Part shown: in pieces, positions 19,427 through 27,968 of the stretch | Numbering within the stretch: position 1 is the stretch's first letter | How the letters are laid out: every line of letters starts with the position of its first letter | Source: a virus | Lineage: Duplodnaviria; Caudoviricetes | Direction: 5' to 3' (one strand) | Virus record (IMG/VR): IMGVR_UViG_3300047562_000517 | Location: 1 to 28,387 of that record | DNA length: 28,387 nt | Program-made: the position numbers and the translations under genes | The notes under the pieces: model-generated | Seen by the model: the letters and a program-made list of their open reading frames with translations, nothing else | What the model was told of the DNA's origin: nothing | Database searches by the model: none

Positions 19427-19728
19427 ATGCTAGAAAAGCTTTATCAAGTACTTTACGATAAAAAACTATTTACTCAAGATTTTGCTAAATTTAAAAATGC
19501 TTGGCAAGATGAAGAATACAAGAAAAAAGTATTCAACGTAGTGAGTGAGAAAAAACTCTTCACGCAAGATTACGAAACATTTGTAAATTCTTATATAGAG
19601 GGAAAGCAACAAGGCGATGTTGCAACGGATGCAGCGACATCGTCTCAAAAAGATTCGGCATCCAACTCGGATCTATATTCATCGGATTGGATTATAGACC
19701 CAAAAACAGGAAAGTTTGTAGAAAATAA
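19427..19728 (+). CDS. Predicted 100-aa -1 frameshift product of the giant gene
   Basis: First 60 codons of the giant ORF, then -1 frame ATRRCCNGCSDIVSKRFGIQLGSIFIGLDYRPKNRKVCRK to TAA at 19726-19728. Confidence 0.6.
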
Positions 19729-22700
19729 AACACCTATAGACCAAACTAACGAATTCCAATTAGGTCCGACGCTGACCGAAAAATCCACGTATACAGACAA
19801 AGATAAACCTATTGATCCTGACTATTACGAAAGTTCTGGTTTAGGTTTTGGTGATCCAAGAACATACGAACAACAAGTTAAAGACTATGCTGAGGCTATG
19901 GACAAAGTCTTATCAGGTAAAGGGCAATGGGAGTCGATACTGAATAAAACTGTAGAGGAAAGATATAAAATAGCTTCTAAATTAATAAAAGCTCCAGTTG
20001 GATCACCATCTGATATCAGTGATTCTTATTACGATTACTGGAGACAGATAAATGTAGATGGATTTAAAGATTCTAAAAAAATACTTGAACCTTTGTTTTT
20101 AGATAAAAGATCGCTAAAAGATGATTATCTAGAAAGAAAAGTAGGCAATAAGTTATTTGAAAAAGATTTTAAACAAAGAATACAAGAAGGATTAACAGAA
20201 GACGATCTTATAACTCAAGCTGATAAAATCATTGGTGACATGATTCACGAAAGTGACTATATGTCAAAAGAATTTTTACCTTATTTTTATTCTAAAAACG
20301 AAGAGTTGTTTTATAATAAACAACTTGAAATGATAAACGCTATAGAGGGCGATTTTGTTAGCGATGCTGATCTATTGAATATAGAAGAAAAAATGAACAA
20401 GTTTCAATTAGATCTTTTAGAGGAAGAACTAAAAAAAGATAGAGGATATAATGAACTTGTAGCATCTATATTGCAGGTTGTTGGTGAGGATTTAAGTGTT
20501 GACATAAGAAAGTTTAATAAGTCGAAATTATTACCAGATTGGATAGAGGGTAATGCTATTTTAGAAGGTGTATTTAAAACAACAAAGGCTTTTGAATTGG
20601 GTTGGGTAAACACTGAAATGTTGCATAGATCTAAAGATTTTGCTAATATTAAAAACTTTTTAAAAGCAGTAGAGAGTGGCGAATTAAATGAACCTCAATT
20701 AATTGCTTTAGCTAAAGAGACTTTAGACGAGGCTGATATTATAAAGTTATATCCAAGACACTCTATGTCAATGAAAGAAGCGTTTGCTAGAGATGAAGCA
20801 TCTAATTATTTATCAGAGGGAGAATACGAGAATCTTTGGATTGGTGAAGATCCGATACCTTATTTGAAAAACAAAATAAAAGAGCACAATAAGTATTTCT
20901 TAAATCAATTATCTAATAGCCAGAGGTTACAAAAAGAATTAGACATTCTTGATAGCGCTAGATTATTTGACGAAAATGGCGTTACTTTTAAAGATATAAA
21001 ATTAATGGTTGGTGAACAGCTTCCACAAATGGTTGCTGCTATTGCGACTTTTGGCGGTAGTACTTATTTACAAGAAGCTGGTGGTGTTTATATAGAATCA
21101 TTATATAGAATAGCTGAGCATAAACACGGTATGGCTTTTGCATCTGCTAGCGATAAAGAAAAGCAACAAATGCTTTTTGATATTATAGATGCTGGTGAAG
21201 ATGATCCAGATACTGCTATTACTGTTGGTGTGGTAAATGCTGGTTTGGATTTTGCGTCAAATATATTTGTCGTAACAAAAGGCGCTAAAGTTATACCAAA
21301 ACAAGCTTGGAGAGCTTTATTAAGAGGGGAATTTAAAAAAGCAGTAAATAAAGTAGGTGTAAAAAACATGGCTGTTGATGCGTTAAAAATATCTACAGCA
21401 GAATCTATAACTGAGAGTTTACAAGAAATAAACTCTATGGTTGGCGCTAATGTTAGCACTGGTATTTATAAATTTGATCCAACTAGAGTAAAAGAAGGTG
21501 GCGCACAAGGGTTTTTAAGTAGCCTTATATTTTTTGGACTTGGTAAAGGTAGATCTTTGATAAACTTTACCGGAGAACAAATAGCTTTGAAAACTAGGTG
21601 GACTAGTAAAGATCATGTTCTATCTATGATAAAAGCTGAAAAGGCTAGGGTCAAAAGAGATTTAAAAGATGGTAAAATAAACAAAAAAGAAGCTGAAGAG
21701 CAAATTAGTAACATTAACGATGCTACTGATGTCTTGATAGACGAAGGTCTATATCAAGTTGGCCCTGAAAATCAAACAGCTGCAATAGATAAAGCGAATG
21801 ATTATGTTTCTAAAAAACGAGCAGTTCAAAAGAAAGAACAGGATTTAAAAGAGGCTAAAGAAAACAAGTCTTCAACAGAAGAAGATATTAAATATAGAGA
21901 AGAGCAACTTGAAGTAGCGTTAAATGACTTAGCAGATTCAAAATACGAGATGCAAAAAGTTCAAATTGAAGACTCTTATACAAAGAACAAAGGAAAAGCA
22001 GCTCGTAGAGTTAATGAGTCTACAGAAGGACCAATGGCTAACAAAAGAGTTTTTACTTTTAAAACCAGAAAAGAAGCCGCTGCATTTGTTAAGAGATATA
22101 AAATAACCGTAGACGATCAAATTCAAGCCATGCTTGATGGTAAAGCTAACGGTGTAGCTTTACAGTCTGGTATAAAATACAAGGGTAAAGACGTAATACC
22201 AGCATTGATCGTTGATCAAAATATCAAAGAAAATATACGGAATAGTAGTAGAAAAAAAGATGGTGCTTTAATCTCAGCATTCGCTGAAAGTCACGAGGTA
22301 ACACATTTTATATTAGACTCTATAGATCCAAAGATAGTTTCTGATATGGTTAATCAGTTGAAAGCTGATTTAAAAAACTCAGGCGACTTGAAGACATCGC
22401 TAATGCTTGATTTTATAAATCAAACACAAGCTAACTATAAGTCTAGAGGCGTTGATCAACAAACACTAAATCAAGAGTTTTTAACAGCTATGAGCGATTA
22501 CCTTCAAGTACAACAAGCCCTTGATGTTAAATCACCACTAGCAGACGCTTTTTCTAGAATGGGTAAAGCTATAAACAAAGCTATATTTGGCGCTACTGGT
22601 GCTGAGATTGACCTTTCAACTCCCTCAGCAGTCTTTAGTTTCTTAAAAAACTGGAACAAGTTTTTAAATAGCAAAGGTACTATAAAAGTAAGGGGAGCTG

Positions 22701-25700
22701 TTGAAGTAGATGAAGTTACCGGTGAAACAAAATCACGAGCGCAAATAACCCTTGAAGAACAAAAACAAGCTATTATTGCTGAGCAAAAAGCATTGATTTC
22801 ATCTAAAGATGATCCTGCTATTGCTAAGCAAATGCAAGAAAATATAGAAAAAATAAAAGAGCTTAATAAGGCTATACAACTAGAGAGAGACTTGGCTGAT
22901 CAAGGTAAGTTTCCAACTGGTATATCTCAAAAAGCAAAAGACATTACTAGAAAAAACAAGTTGATAGTAGATGAGGCTTATGATCCAAAAACATCTCCAG
23001 AAGTTAAAAGACAAAAGTTCAAAGAGCTTTACGATTTAAACAGAGGTATAATAGAAGGCACTGTAAATAAACAGTTTAATCCAAACATCGAGAGTAATTT
23101 AACTTTAGAGGATTTTAGACAAGCATATAATCTTGAGTTCTTTAACATACTTGAAAACCAATACGATCCATCTAAAGGCCCTCTAGGTGCTTATATGAAT
23201 ACATATTTACCATTAAGACAAGGTAATATATTAAGAGAGTTGATCGGATCTAGAGAAATGATGTTTACCGAGGACGCAACATCCGCTGTTGGTAACAAGC
23301 AAATAGGTTATACGCCTGATTATGGCAACTTTACACAAGAAGAGTATGTACAGCAAATGGTTAACACTATGGAGACTCTTGGTTTTACACCAGAGCTTCA
23401 AAACGTAGTTAAAGAAGCTGTTGTTAAAATTCTTGGTGGTAGACTGGATATATCTTCAAGAAACTTCAAAACAGAACTATCTCAGTCGTTAATGACTATG
23501 TTAAAAAGTGAGATACAAACTAAAGTACTTGGTAGTAAACTTAAAAATAACTTTTTGGGCATGAAATACCCAGATTTTATGGCTAAACACTGGGAGGATA
23601 TATACGCTATAATGCCTATTGATGCTATAAATAAAAGGTTTTCTACTCAAACAAAGCAAGAAAAGGCTAATAATGTACCACATCCTTTTATATATAAATT
23701 CACAGATGAATCTGGTAAACAAATTAGAGATACTAGGATAGAAGATAATACTGGAGTTGGTAGAGGTAAGACAAAAAAGAGAGTTGTAACTCAACAAGAA
23801 TTCTTAGATTTCTTCTTTGGAGACAACGTAGGCGGTAGTACGCAGGGTACTAGAAAGGATACATTAGCTGAGATGATTGCTGAGCAGGCTGGCTTTGACG
23901 TGTTTAGTTATCTTTTAACTAATGATCCTGAAGTAACCGAGTTGTTTAGAGGTAGACAAGAATTATTTGGTGAAATTGTAACAGAAGACACTATAGATAG
24001 ACTTCAAAGAGAAATAAACAGACATGACGGATCTAGAAACGCTAGTTCTAGAGCTCAAATTGTTATAGACTCAGCAAACTATCACGGTTTAACTATAGAA
24101 TATATTAACACTATATTTGACGACGTTAAAAAAGGTGAGATTATAGATTACAAATCTAAATCAATTAACATGTTTAGAAACGACCTTTTAGATGTTTTAA
24201 GATTAGATGACGCGGTAGTTGATGTTGACTTGTATTTTAATACTTATAATTCTAGAGTTTCTGAGGACTTTGAGATTAGAGGTTTTAATTTAGAGCTTGG
24301 TGATAAAAACGCTATGATTACCGTTGCTGAAAAAGACGGTAGAAAAAATCCATATCAAAACAATTTTAAAACAAAGTTAAACCTAGACAGAGCAATACTT
24401 ATACCTGGTCAGTACGCTGATGGATTAATAGAAAGACAGGGTGCTATAGATATAAGCATAGACTTGATGAAAGATTACAGTTGGTTTGATAAACCTTCTG
24501 TTACTACTAAGTATTTAGGAAAATTTTTCCAAGAAGAAGGATATATAACTCAATCAGAATTAGAAAACAATTATAGCGCAGAAGCATTAAGATCTTTGTT
24601 GGTTAAAAAAGGTTATGATCATTTAAGCTTTTTTGATGAATCAACCGAAACTGAAAGATTTATAATCTTGAATAAAGAAGCTATAAGTAGAGCTAGTGAA
24701 ATAGCTTTTAATGCTAAATTAGATGAACTTATAAATCCTAGTAGAGCTCAGTTGTCTTTAGAAGGAACTATGGGTAATATCATAGAACAAAAAACAAAAG
24801 GTAAAATAAAATCCAAAGAACAAATTACAGCGGCAGCTGCTAACGTAATGCAAAAAGATAGATCTTTTATATCTAAAATAACAGGTACATTTAACTATTT
24901 ACCTTATAACGCTGAAGACTTTATAGGATTGACTAGAGTTTTCACGCCTGCTGGAAAAGATGGTGACGCGGCTATAAAATTTATAGAAGAAAGACTTTTA
25001 GAACCATATTATCAAGGTCAACAACAGTTTAGAACTTGGAAGCAAAATCTAAATATTCAATATAATAGGTTTTTTGATAGAGCTGAATATGTTAAAAAAA
25101 TAGATTCTAAAGGTATGCCTAGCTTAAGCAAGCAGACTGTAGAAGGTGAAATTACTATTAGAGCAAAAAGATCTAAAATAGCCATGGTAGAAGAACTTGT
25201 TAAAAGTAAATCTATAACTAGAACGGAAGCCGACGCTATGATAGCTGATATAAATAGGTTTAAATTTAAAAAATCAAGTTTACAACAACCAGTAAACGTA
25301 AAAGGTAAAACTTTTACCGCGGAACAAGCTGTTAGAGTGTATTTGTTTTATTCTGCTGGAGAAGATATTGATCCTTCTTTGATATCAGTAGAAGAAGTCA
25401 AAGGTCTTGTTGATTTCGTTAAAGATCCAAATAACGTGGAATTTTTATTGTTTGCTAGTTCTTTAAGAGGCTTAGTTGGTAGAACAAGATCAAAATCTAC
25501 TGGTGATTACTATATTAAATATAATGACGATATAATTAATAACACGGTAAGTCACGATATATACAATCACGCTGAAAGCGAACGCAAAGTGTTTTTTGAG
25601 AAATTTAAAAATAACTTCGAAAACATATTCACAAATAAGAACATGTTAAAGCTTGAAGCACTTTACGGTAGTAACTATATAAAAGAGCTTAATAGTTCTT

Positions 25701-27196
25701 TTAGAAGAATGTATACTGGTAAAAACGAAACAACTAGAGCAGCTAATCCAGTTGAAACAGCTATAATGGGTTGGACAAATGCTTCTGTTAACTCTATAAT
25801 GTTCTTAAACTTCAAGTCCGCTGCGCTTCAGTTAATATCGTTTGCTAACTTTATAAACTGGACTGATAACAATATTGTTTCTGCTAGTAAAACACTTGCT
25901 AACCCAAAACAGTTTGCTCAAGACTTCGCTATGTTATATAACAGTAGGTATTTGACAAATAGAAGAGGTGGTTTACAGTTTGATATAGAATCTTCAGCTG
26001 TTGAAAAACTTCTTAGAGAATCTATGGCTGGTGAAAAAGATACGTTCTCGGCTTTTAAAAGATTTTACGCTCAACTAGTTAAGTTTGGTTATTTACCAAC
26101 TAGAACAGCTGACTCTATTGCAATAGCTTTTGGAGGCGCTACTTTTTATAGAAATAGATTAAATACATATATAAGTCAAGGACTAACAGAAACTCAAGCT
26201 ATCGAAAAGACAATGATAGACTTTGAGAGATTAGCTGAGGAGAGCCAACAGTCTAGTGATCCATCTAGAATATCTAGTATTCAAATAGGACCTTATGGTA
26301 GATTAGCCTTTGCATTCATGAACACTCCGTTCCAGTATGCTAGATTATCAAAAAGAGCTGCTTTAGATTTAATAAACGGAAGAGGTGATAGAAAAACAAA
26401 TTTATCTAAACTAACATATTATACTTTTGTTCAGTCTATATTCTTCTCTGCAGCTCAAAACTTGTTAAACGTATTTGATTTAATACCTTTATTCAAAGAC
26501 GATGATGAGGAAGAAGAGTTGACACCAGAAGAAAAAACATCTTACTTCTATGCCTTGAACTCTTGGATAGATGGTCAAATAAAAATGTTTGGTATTCCAG
26601 GACTTGGAGCTACAGTTATCAAAAACATGAAACTGTCTGATTATCAAGATGAATTGTTTAGAAATAAAGAAACCGGTGGATTTATAAAACCAAAAAGAAA
26701 AGAAGAAAACCAAATAATTAAAGATCTATTATCTTTTTCTCCACCTATTAGTTCAAAAGCACAACAGTTATCTAGCATAGATAAACTTAAAAAGTGGAAT
26801 ATAAACAAACAGAGAGCTGCTTATTATGGATTAGATGATTTCTGGTATTTATATCCTCAAGATCCTATTTGGGAAATTAGAGCAAGACAAGCTAACGTTT
26901 TTTTTAATATACCGCTAGATAGATTACATAGAAAACTAGAAAATATTTCTTTAGCACTAGATGAAGAAACCAAATTACACACTGATTTGCTGTTGCTTAT
27001 GGGTTATAGTAAATATGTTCAATTGCCGAAAGAAAAATGGGATTTACCTTATCCTGAAACAAAAACTAGGGACTTTAGAATGTTCTTAAAAAGATTAGAA
27101 AGAGAGAAGAAGAAAAATTCAAAATCTAGGGCTGGTAGAAAAAAATTCCAATCAAAGCAAGAATATTTAAACTATTTAAACGAAAAACGTAAATAA
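19427..27196 (+). CDS. Giant multidomain (polyvalent) virion ejection protein: hydrophobic helices, zincin, sigma region-2-like, ART-like, helical C-terminal domain
   Basis: 2589-aa ORF in the position of the large ejection proteins of podophages. HEVTH at 22292-22306, ELYDLN...EDFRQ...YDPSKG at 23006-23239, KKGYDH...ETERFIIL at about 24605-24670. Confidence 0.7.
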   Translation: MLEKLYQVLYDKKLFTQDFAKFKNAWQDEEYKKKVFNVVSEKKLFTQDYETFVNSYIEGKQQGDVATDAATSSQKDSASNSDLYSSDWIIDPKTGKFVENKTPIDQTNEFQLGPTLTEKSTYTDKDKPIDPDYYESSGLGFGDPRTYEQQVKDYAEAMDKVLSGKGQWESILNKTVEERYKIASKLIKAPVGSPSDISDSYYDYWRQINVDGFKDSKKILEPLFLDKRSLKDDYLERKVGNKLFEKDFKQRIQEGLTEDDLITQADKIIGDMIHESDYMSKEFLPYFYSKNEELFYNKQLEMINAIEGDFVSDADLLNIEEKMNKFQLDLLEEELKKDRGYNELVASILQVVGEDLSVDIRKFNKSKLLPDWIEGNAILEGVFKTTKAFELGWVNTEMLHRSKDFANIKNFLKAVESGELNEPQLIALAKETLDEADIIKLYPRHSMSMKEAFARDEASNYLSEGEYENLWIGEDPIPYLKNKIKEHNKYFLNQLSNSQRLQKELDILDSARLFDENGVTFKDIKLMVGEQLPQMVAAIATFGGSTYLQEAGGVYIESLYRIAEHKHGMAFASASDKEKQQMLFDIIDAGEDDPDTAITVGVVNAGLDFASNIFVVTKGAKVIPKQAWRALLRGEFKKAVNKVGVKNMAVDALKISTAESITESLQEINSMVGANVSTGIYKFDPTRVKEGGAQGFLSSLIFFGLGKGRSLINFTGEQIALKTRWTSKDHVLSMIKAEKARVKRDLKDGKINKKEAEEQISNINDATDVLIDEGLYQVGPENQTAAIDKANDYVSKKRAVQKKEQDLKEAKENKSSTEEDIKYREEQLEVALNDLADSKYEMQKVQIEDSYTKNKGKAARRVNESTEGPMANKRVFTFKTRKEAAAFVKRYKITVDDQIQAMLDGKANGVALQSGIKYKGKDVIPALIVDQNIKENIRNSSRKKDGALISAFAESHEVTHFILDSIDPKIVSDMVNQLKADLKNSGDLKTSLMLDFINQTQANYKSRGVDQQTLNQEFLTAMSDYLQVQQALDVKSPLADAFSRMGKAINKAIFGATGAEIDLSTPSAVFSFLKNWNKFLNSKGTIKVRGAVEVDEVTGETKSRAQITLEEQKQAIIAEQKALISSKDDPAIAKQMQENIEKIKELNKAIQLERDLADQGKFPTGISQKAKDITRKNKLIVDEAYDPKTSPEVKRQKFKELYDLNRGIIEGTVNKQFNPNIESNLTLEDFRQAYNLEFFNILENQYDPSKGPLGAYMNTYLPLRQGNILRELIGSREMMFTEDATSAVGNKQIGYTPDYGNFTQEEYVQQMVNTMETLGFTPELQNVVKEAVVKILGGRLDISSRNFKTELSQSLMTMLKSEIQTKVLGSKLKNNFLGMKYPDFMAKHWEDIYAIMPIDAINKRFSTQTKQEKANNVPHPFIYKFTDESGKQIRDTRIEDNTGVGRGKTKKRVVTQQEFLDFFFGDNVGGSTQGTRKDTLAEMIAEQAGFDVFSYLLTNDPEVTELFRGRQELFGEIVTEDTIDRLQREINRHDGSRNASSRAQIVIDSANYHGLTIEYINTIFDDVKKGEIIDYKSKSINMFRNDLLDVLRLDDAVVDVDLYFNTYNSRVSEDFEIRGFNLELGDKNAMITVAEKDGRKNPYQNNFKTKLNLDRAILIPGQYADGLIERQGAIDISIDLMKDYSWFDKPSVTTKYLGKFFQEEGYITQSELENNYSAEALRSLLVKKGYDHLSFFDESTETERFIILNKEAISRASEIAFNAKLDELINPSRAQLSLEGTMGNIIEQKTKGKIKSKEQITAAAANVMQKDRSFISKITGTFNYLPYNAEDFIGLTRVFTPAGKDGDAAIKFIEERLLEPYYQGQQQFRTWKQNLNIQYNRFFDRAEYVKKIDSKGMPSLSKQTVEGEITIRAKRSKIAMVEELVKSKSITRTEADAMIADINRFKFKKSSLQQPVNVKGKTFTAEQAVRVYLFYSAGEDIDPSLISVEEVKGLVDFVKDPNNVEFLLFASSLRGLVGRTRSKSTGDYYIKYNDDIINNTVSHDIYNHAESERKVFFEKFKNNFENIFTNKNMLKLEALYGSNYIKELNSSFRRMYTGKNETTRAANPVETAIMGWTNASVNSIMFLNFKSAALQLISFANFINWTDNNIVSASKTLANPKQFAQDFAMLYNSRYLTNRRGGLQFDIESSAVEKLLRESMAGEKDTFSAFKRFYAQLVKFGYLPTRTADSIAIAFGGATFYRNRLNTYISQGLTETQAIEKTMIDFERLAEESQQSSDPSRISSIQIGPYGRLAFAFMNTPFQYARLSKRAALDLINGRGDRKTNLSKLTYYTFVQSIFFSAAQNLLNVFDLIPLFKDDDEEEELTPEEKTSYFYALNSWIDGQIKMFGIPGLGATVIKNMKLSDYQDELFRNKETGGFIKPKRKEENQIIKDLLSFSPPISSKAQQLSSIDKLKKWNINKQRAAYYGLDDFWYLYPQDPIWEIRARQANVFFNIPLDRLHRKLENISLALDEETKLHTDLLLLMGYSKYVQLPKEKWDLPYPETKTRDFRMFLKRLEREKKKNSKSRAGRKKFQSKQEYLNYLNEKRK
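19460..19570 (+). repeat. Tandem 30-aa-period protein repeat (KKLFTQD x2)
   Basis: KKLFTQDFAKF at 19460 and KKLFTQDYETF at 19550, exactly 90 nt apart. Confidence 0.8.
19600..19663 (+). promoter_or_regulatory. Predicted -1 programmed ribosomal frameshift signal (slippery heptamer plus H-type pseudoknot)
   Basis: In-phase G GGA AAG (19600-19606), 5-nt spacer, stem 1 19612-19623/19634-19645 (12 bp), stem 2 GGATGC 19627-19632 / GCATCC 19658-19663. Confidence 0.78.
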
Positions 27197-27218
27197 ATAT
27201 TTAAAAAAAAATAAAAAA

Positions 27219-27449
27219 ATGAAAAGCTCTTTAAAGAAAGGTTGTGGACCTGGTAATCTAGGGAGTCCATTAAAGTTGGATCCTATGACTGGTCTTTTGG
27301 TTAGTAAAGTAGTTGGTAAAGTTGTTGATAAAGCTTTAGATAAATCACCTATGAAAAAGAAAGAACCATGTTGGTCTAATTATGAAATGGTTGGTATGAA
27401 AAATAAAAACGGCAAAAAAGTACCTAACTGTGTGCCAAAAAATAAATAG
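27219..27449 (+). CDS. Small basic protein with CWxxY...GKKVPNCV motif
   Basis: 76 aa, Lys-rich, SPLK and SPMK motifs, C-terminal CWSNYEMVGMKNKNGKKVPNCVP. A-rich initiation context. Confidence 0.65.
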   Translation: MKSSLKKGCGPGNLGSPLKLDPMTGLLVSKVVGKVVDKALDKSPMKKKEPCWSNYEMVGMKNKNGKKVPNCVPKNK

Positions 27450-27471
27450 TTAAATTTACAAAAATAAAAAA

Positions 27472-27642
27472 ATGAGCCTTTCAGAAATTAGATTGTACAT
27501 TATTAACTTAAGTACATTAGGTATTACTACATTTACAAAAATAGAAATGACCTTAAAGATATTACTATTGCTCGTCACTATTGGTTATACCGTGACAAAA
27601 TGGATAGATCTTAAAAATGATAAAAATGGCGGAGCTGAGTGA
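27472..27642 (+). CDS. Small membrane protein, putative holin (not in ORF track)
   Basis: My translation, 56 aa: MSLSEIRLYIINLSTLGITTFTKIEMTLKILLLLVTIGYTVTKWIDLKNDKNGGAE. One clear and one weaker hydrophobic helix, charged tail, A-rich upstream context, lies in front of an endolysin. Confidence 0.6.
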   Translation: MSLSEIRLYIINLSTLGITTFTKIEMTLKILLLLVTIGYTVTKWIDLKNDKNGGAE

Positions 27643-27958
27643 AAACACAAAGTTTAACGTTAATGTAAAAACAATTATAGCTATTTGTGCTGGGTTACTC
27701 TCTGTGGCGGGTGTGTACTTTACATTGATAGCTGAAATACAGCAACTACGTATTGATGTAATGCGTATGGAATCTGAGCTTGATATGAATTCTGAGTTTA
27801 GAATCAAATGGCCGCGTGGAGAGCTTGGAGCTTTGCCGGATGACGCGGAACAAAATATGAGATTATTATATTTAGAAAAATATCAGGAAAAAGCAGTTAA
27901 CGACATTGATGAGTTAAAACTTAAAGTAAAAGAAATTGAAGGCTGCATAAACGAATAA
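27626..27958 (+). CDS. Single-TM membrane protein with coiled coil, possible lysis accessory (spanin/holin-like)
   Basis: Probable start MAELSEN at 27626 (track start 27617). TM segment TIIAICAGLLSVAGVYFTLI followed by a coiled coil. Lies between the holin-like gene and the endolysin. Confidence 0.55.
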   Translation: MAELSENTKFNVNVKTIIAICAGLLSVAGVYFTLIAEIQQLRIDVMRMESELDMNSEFRIKWPRGELGALPDDAEQNMRLLYLEKYQEKAVNDIDELKLKVKEIEGCINE

Positions 27959-27968
27959 ATTTAATTAA

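Noticed and set aside
19427-27196. Virion RNA polymerase call for the giant protein, as in other crAss-like phages
   Set aside because: No DFDxD/DxDGD metal-binding motif found by eye; the nearest (GKDGD, EDDPD) do not fit. A very divergent RNAP cannot be excluded without a profile search.
56-27807. Short minus-strand and alternate-frame ORFs in the track (e.g. 56-358, 876-1067, 6240-6458, 19466-19648, 21088-21459, 27565-27807)
   Set aside because: They are shadows of long + strand genes with antisense-typical composition and no motifs.
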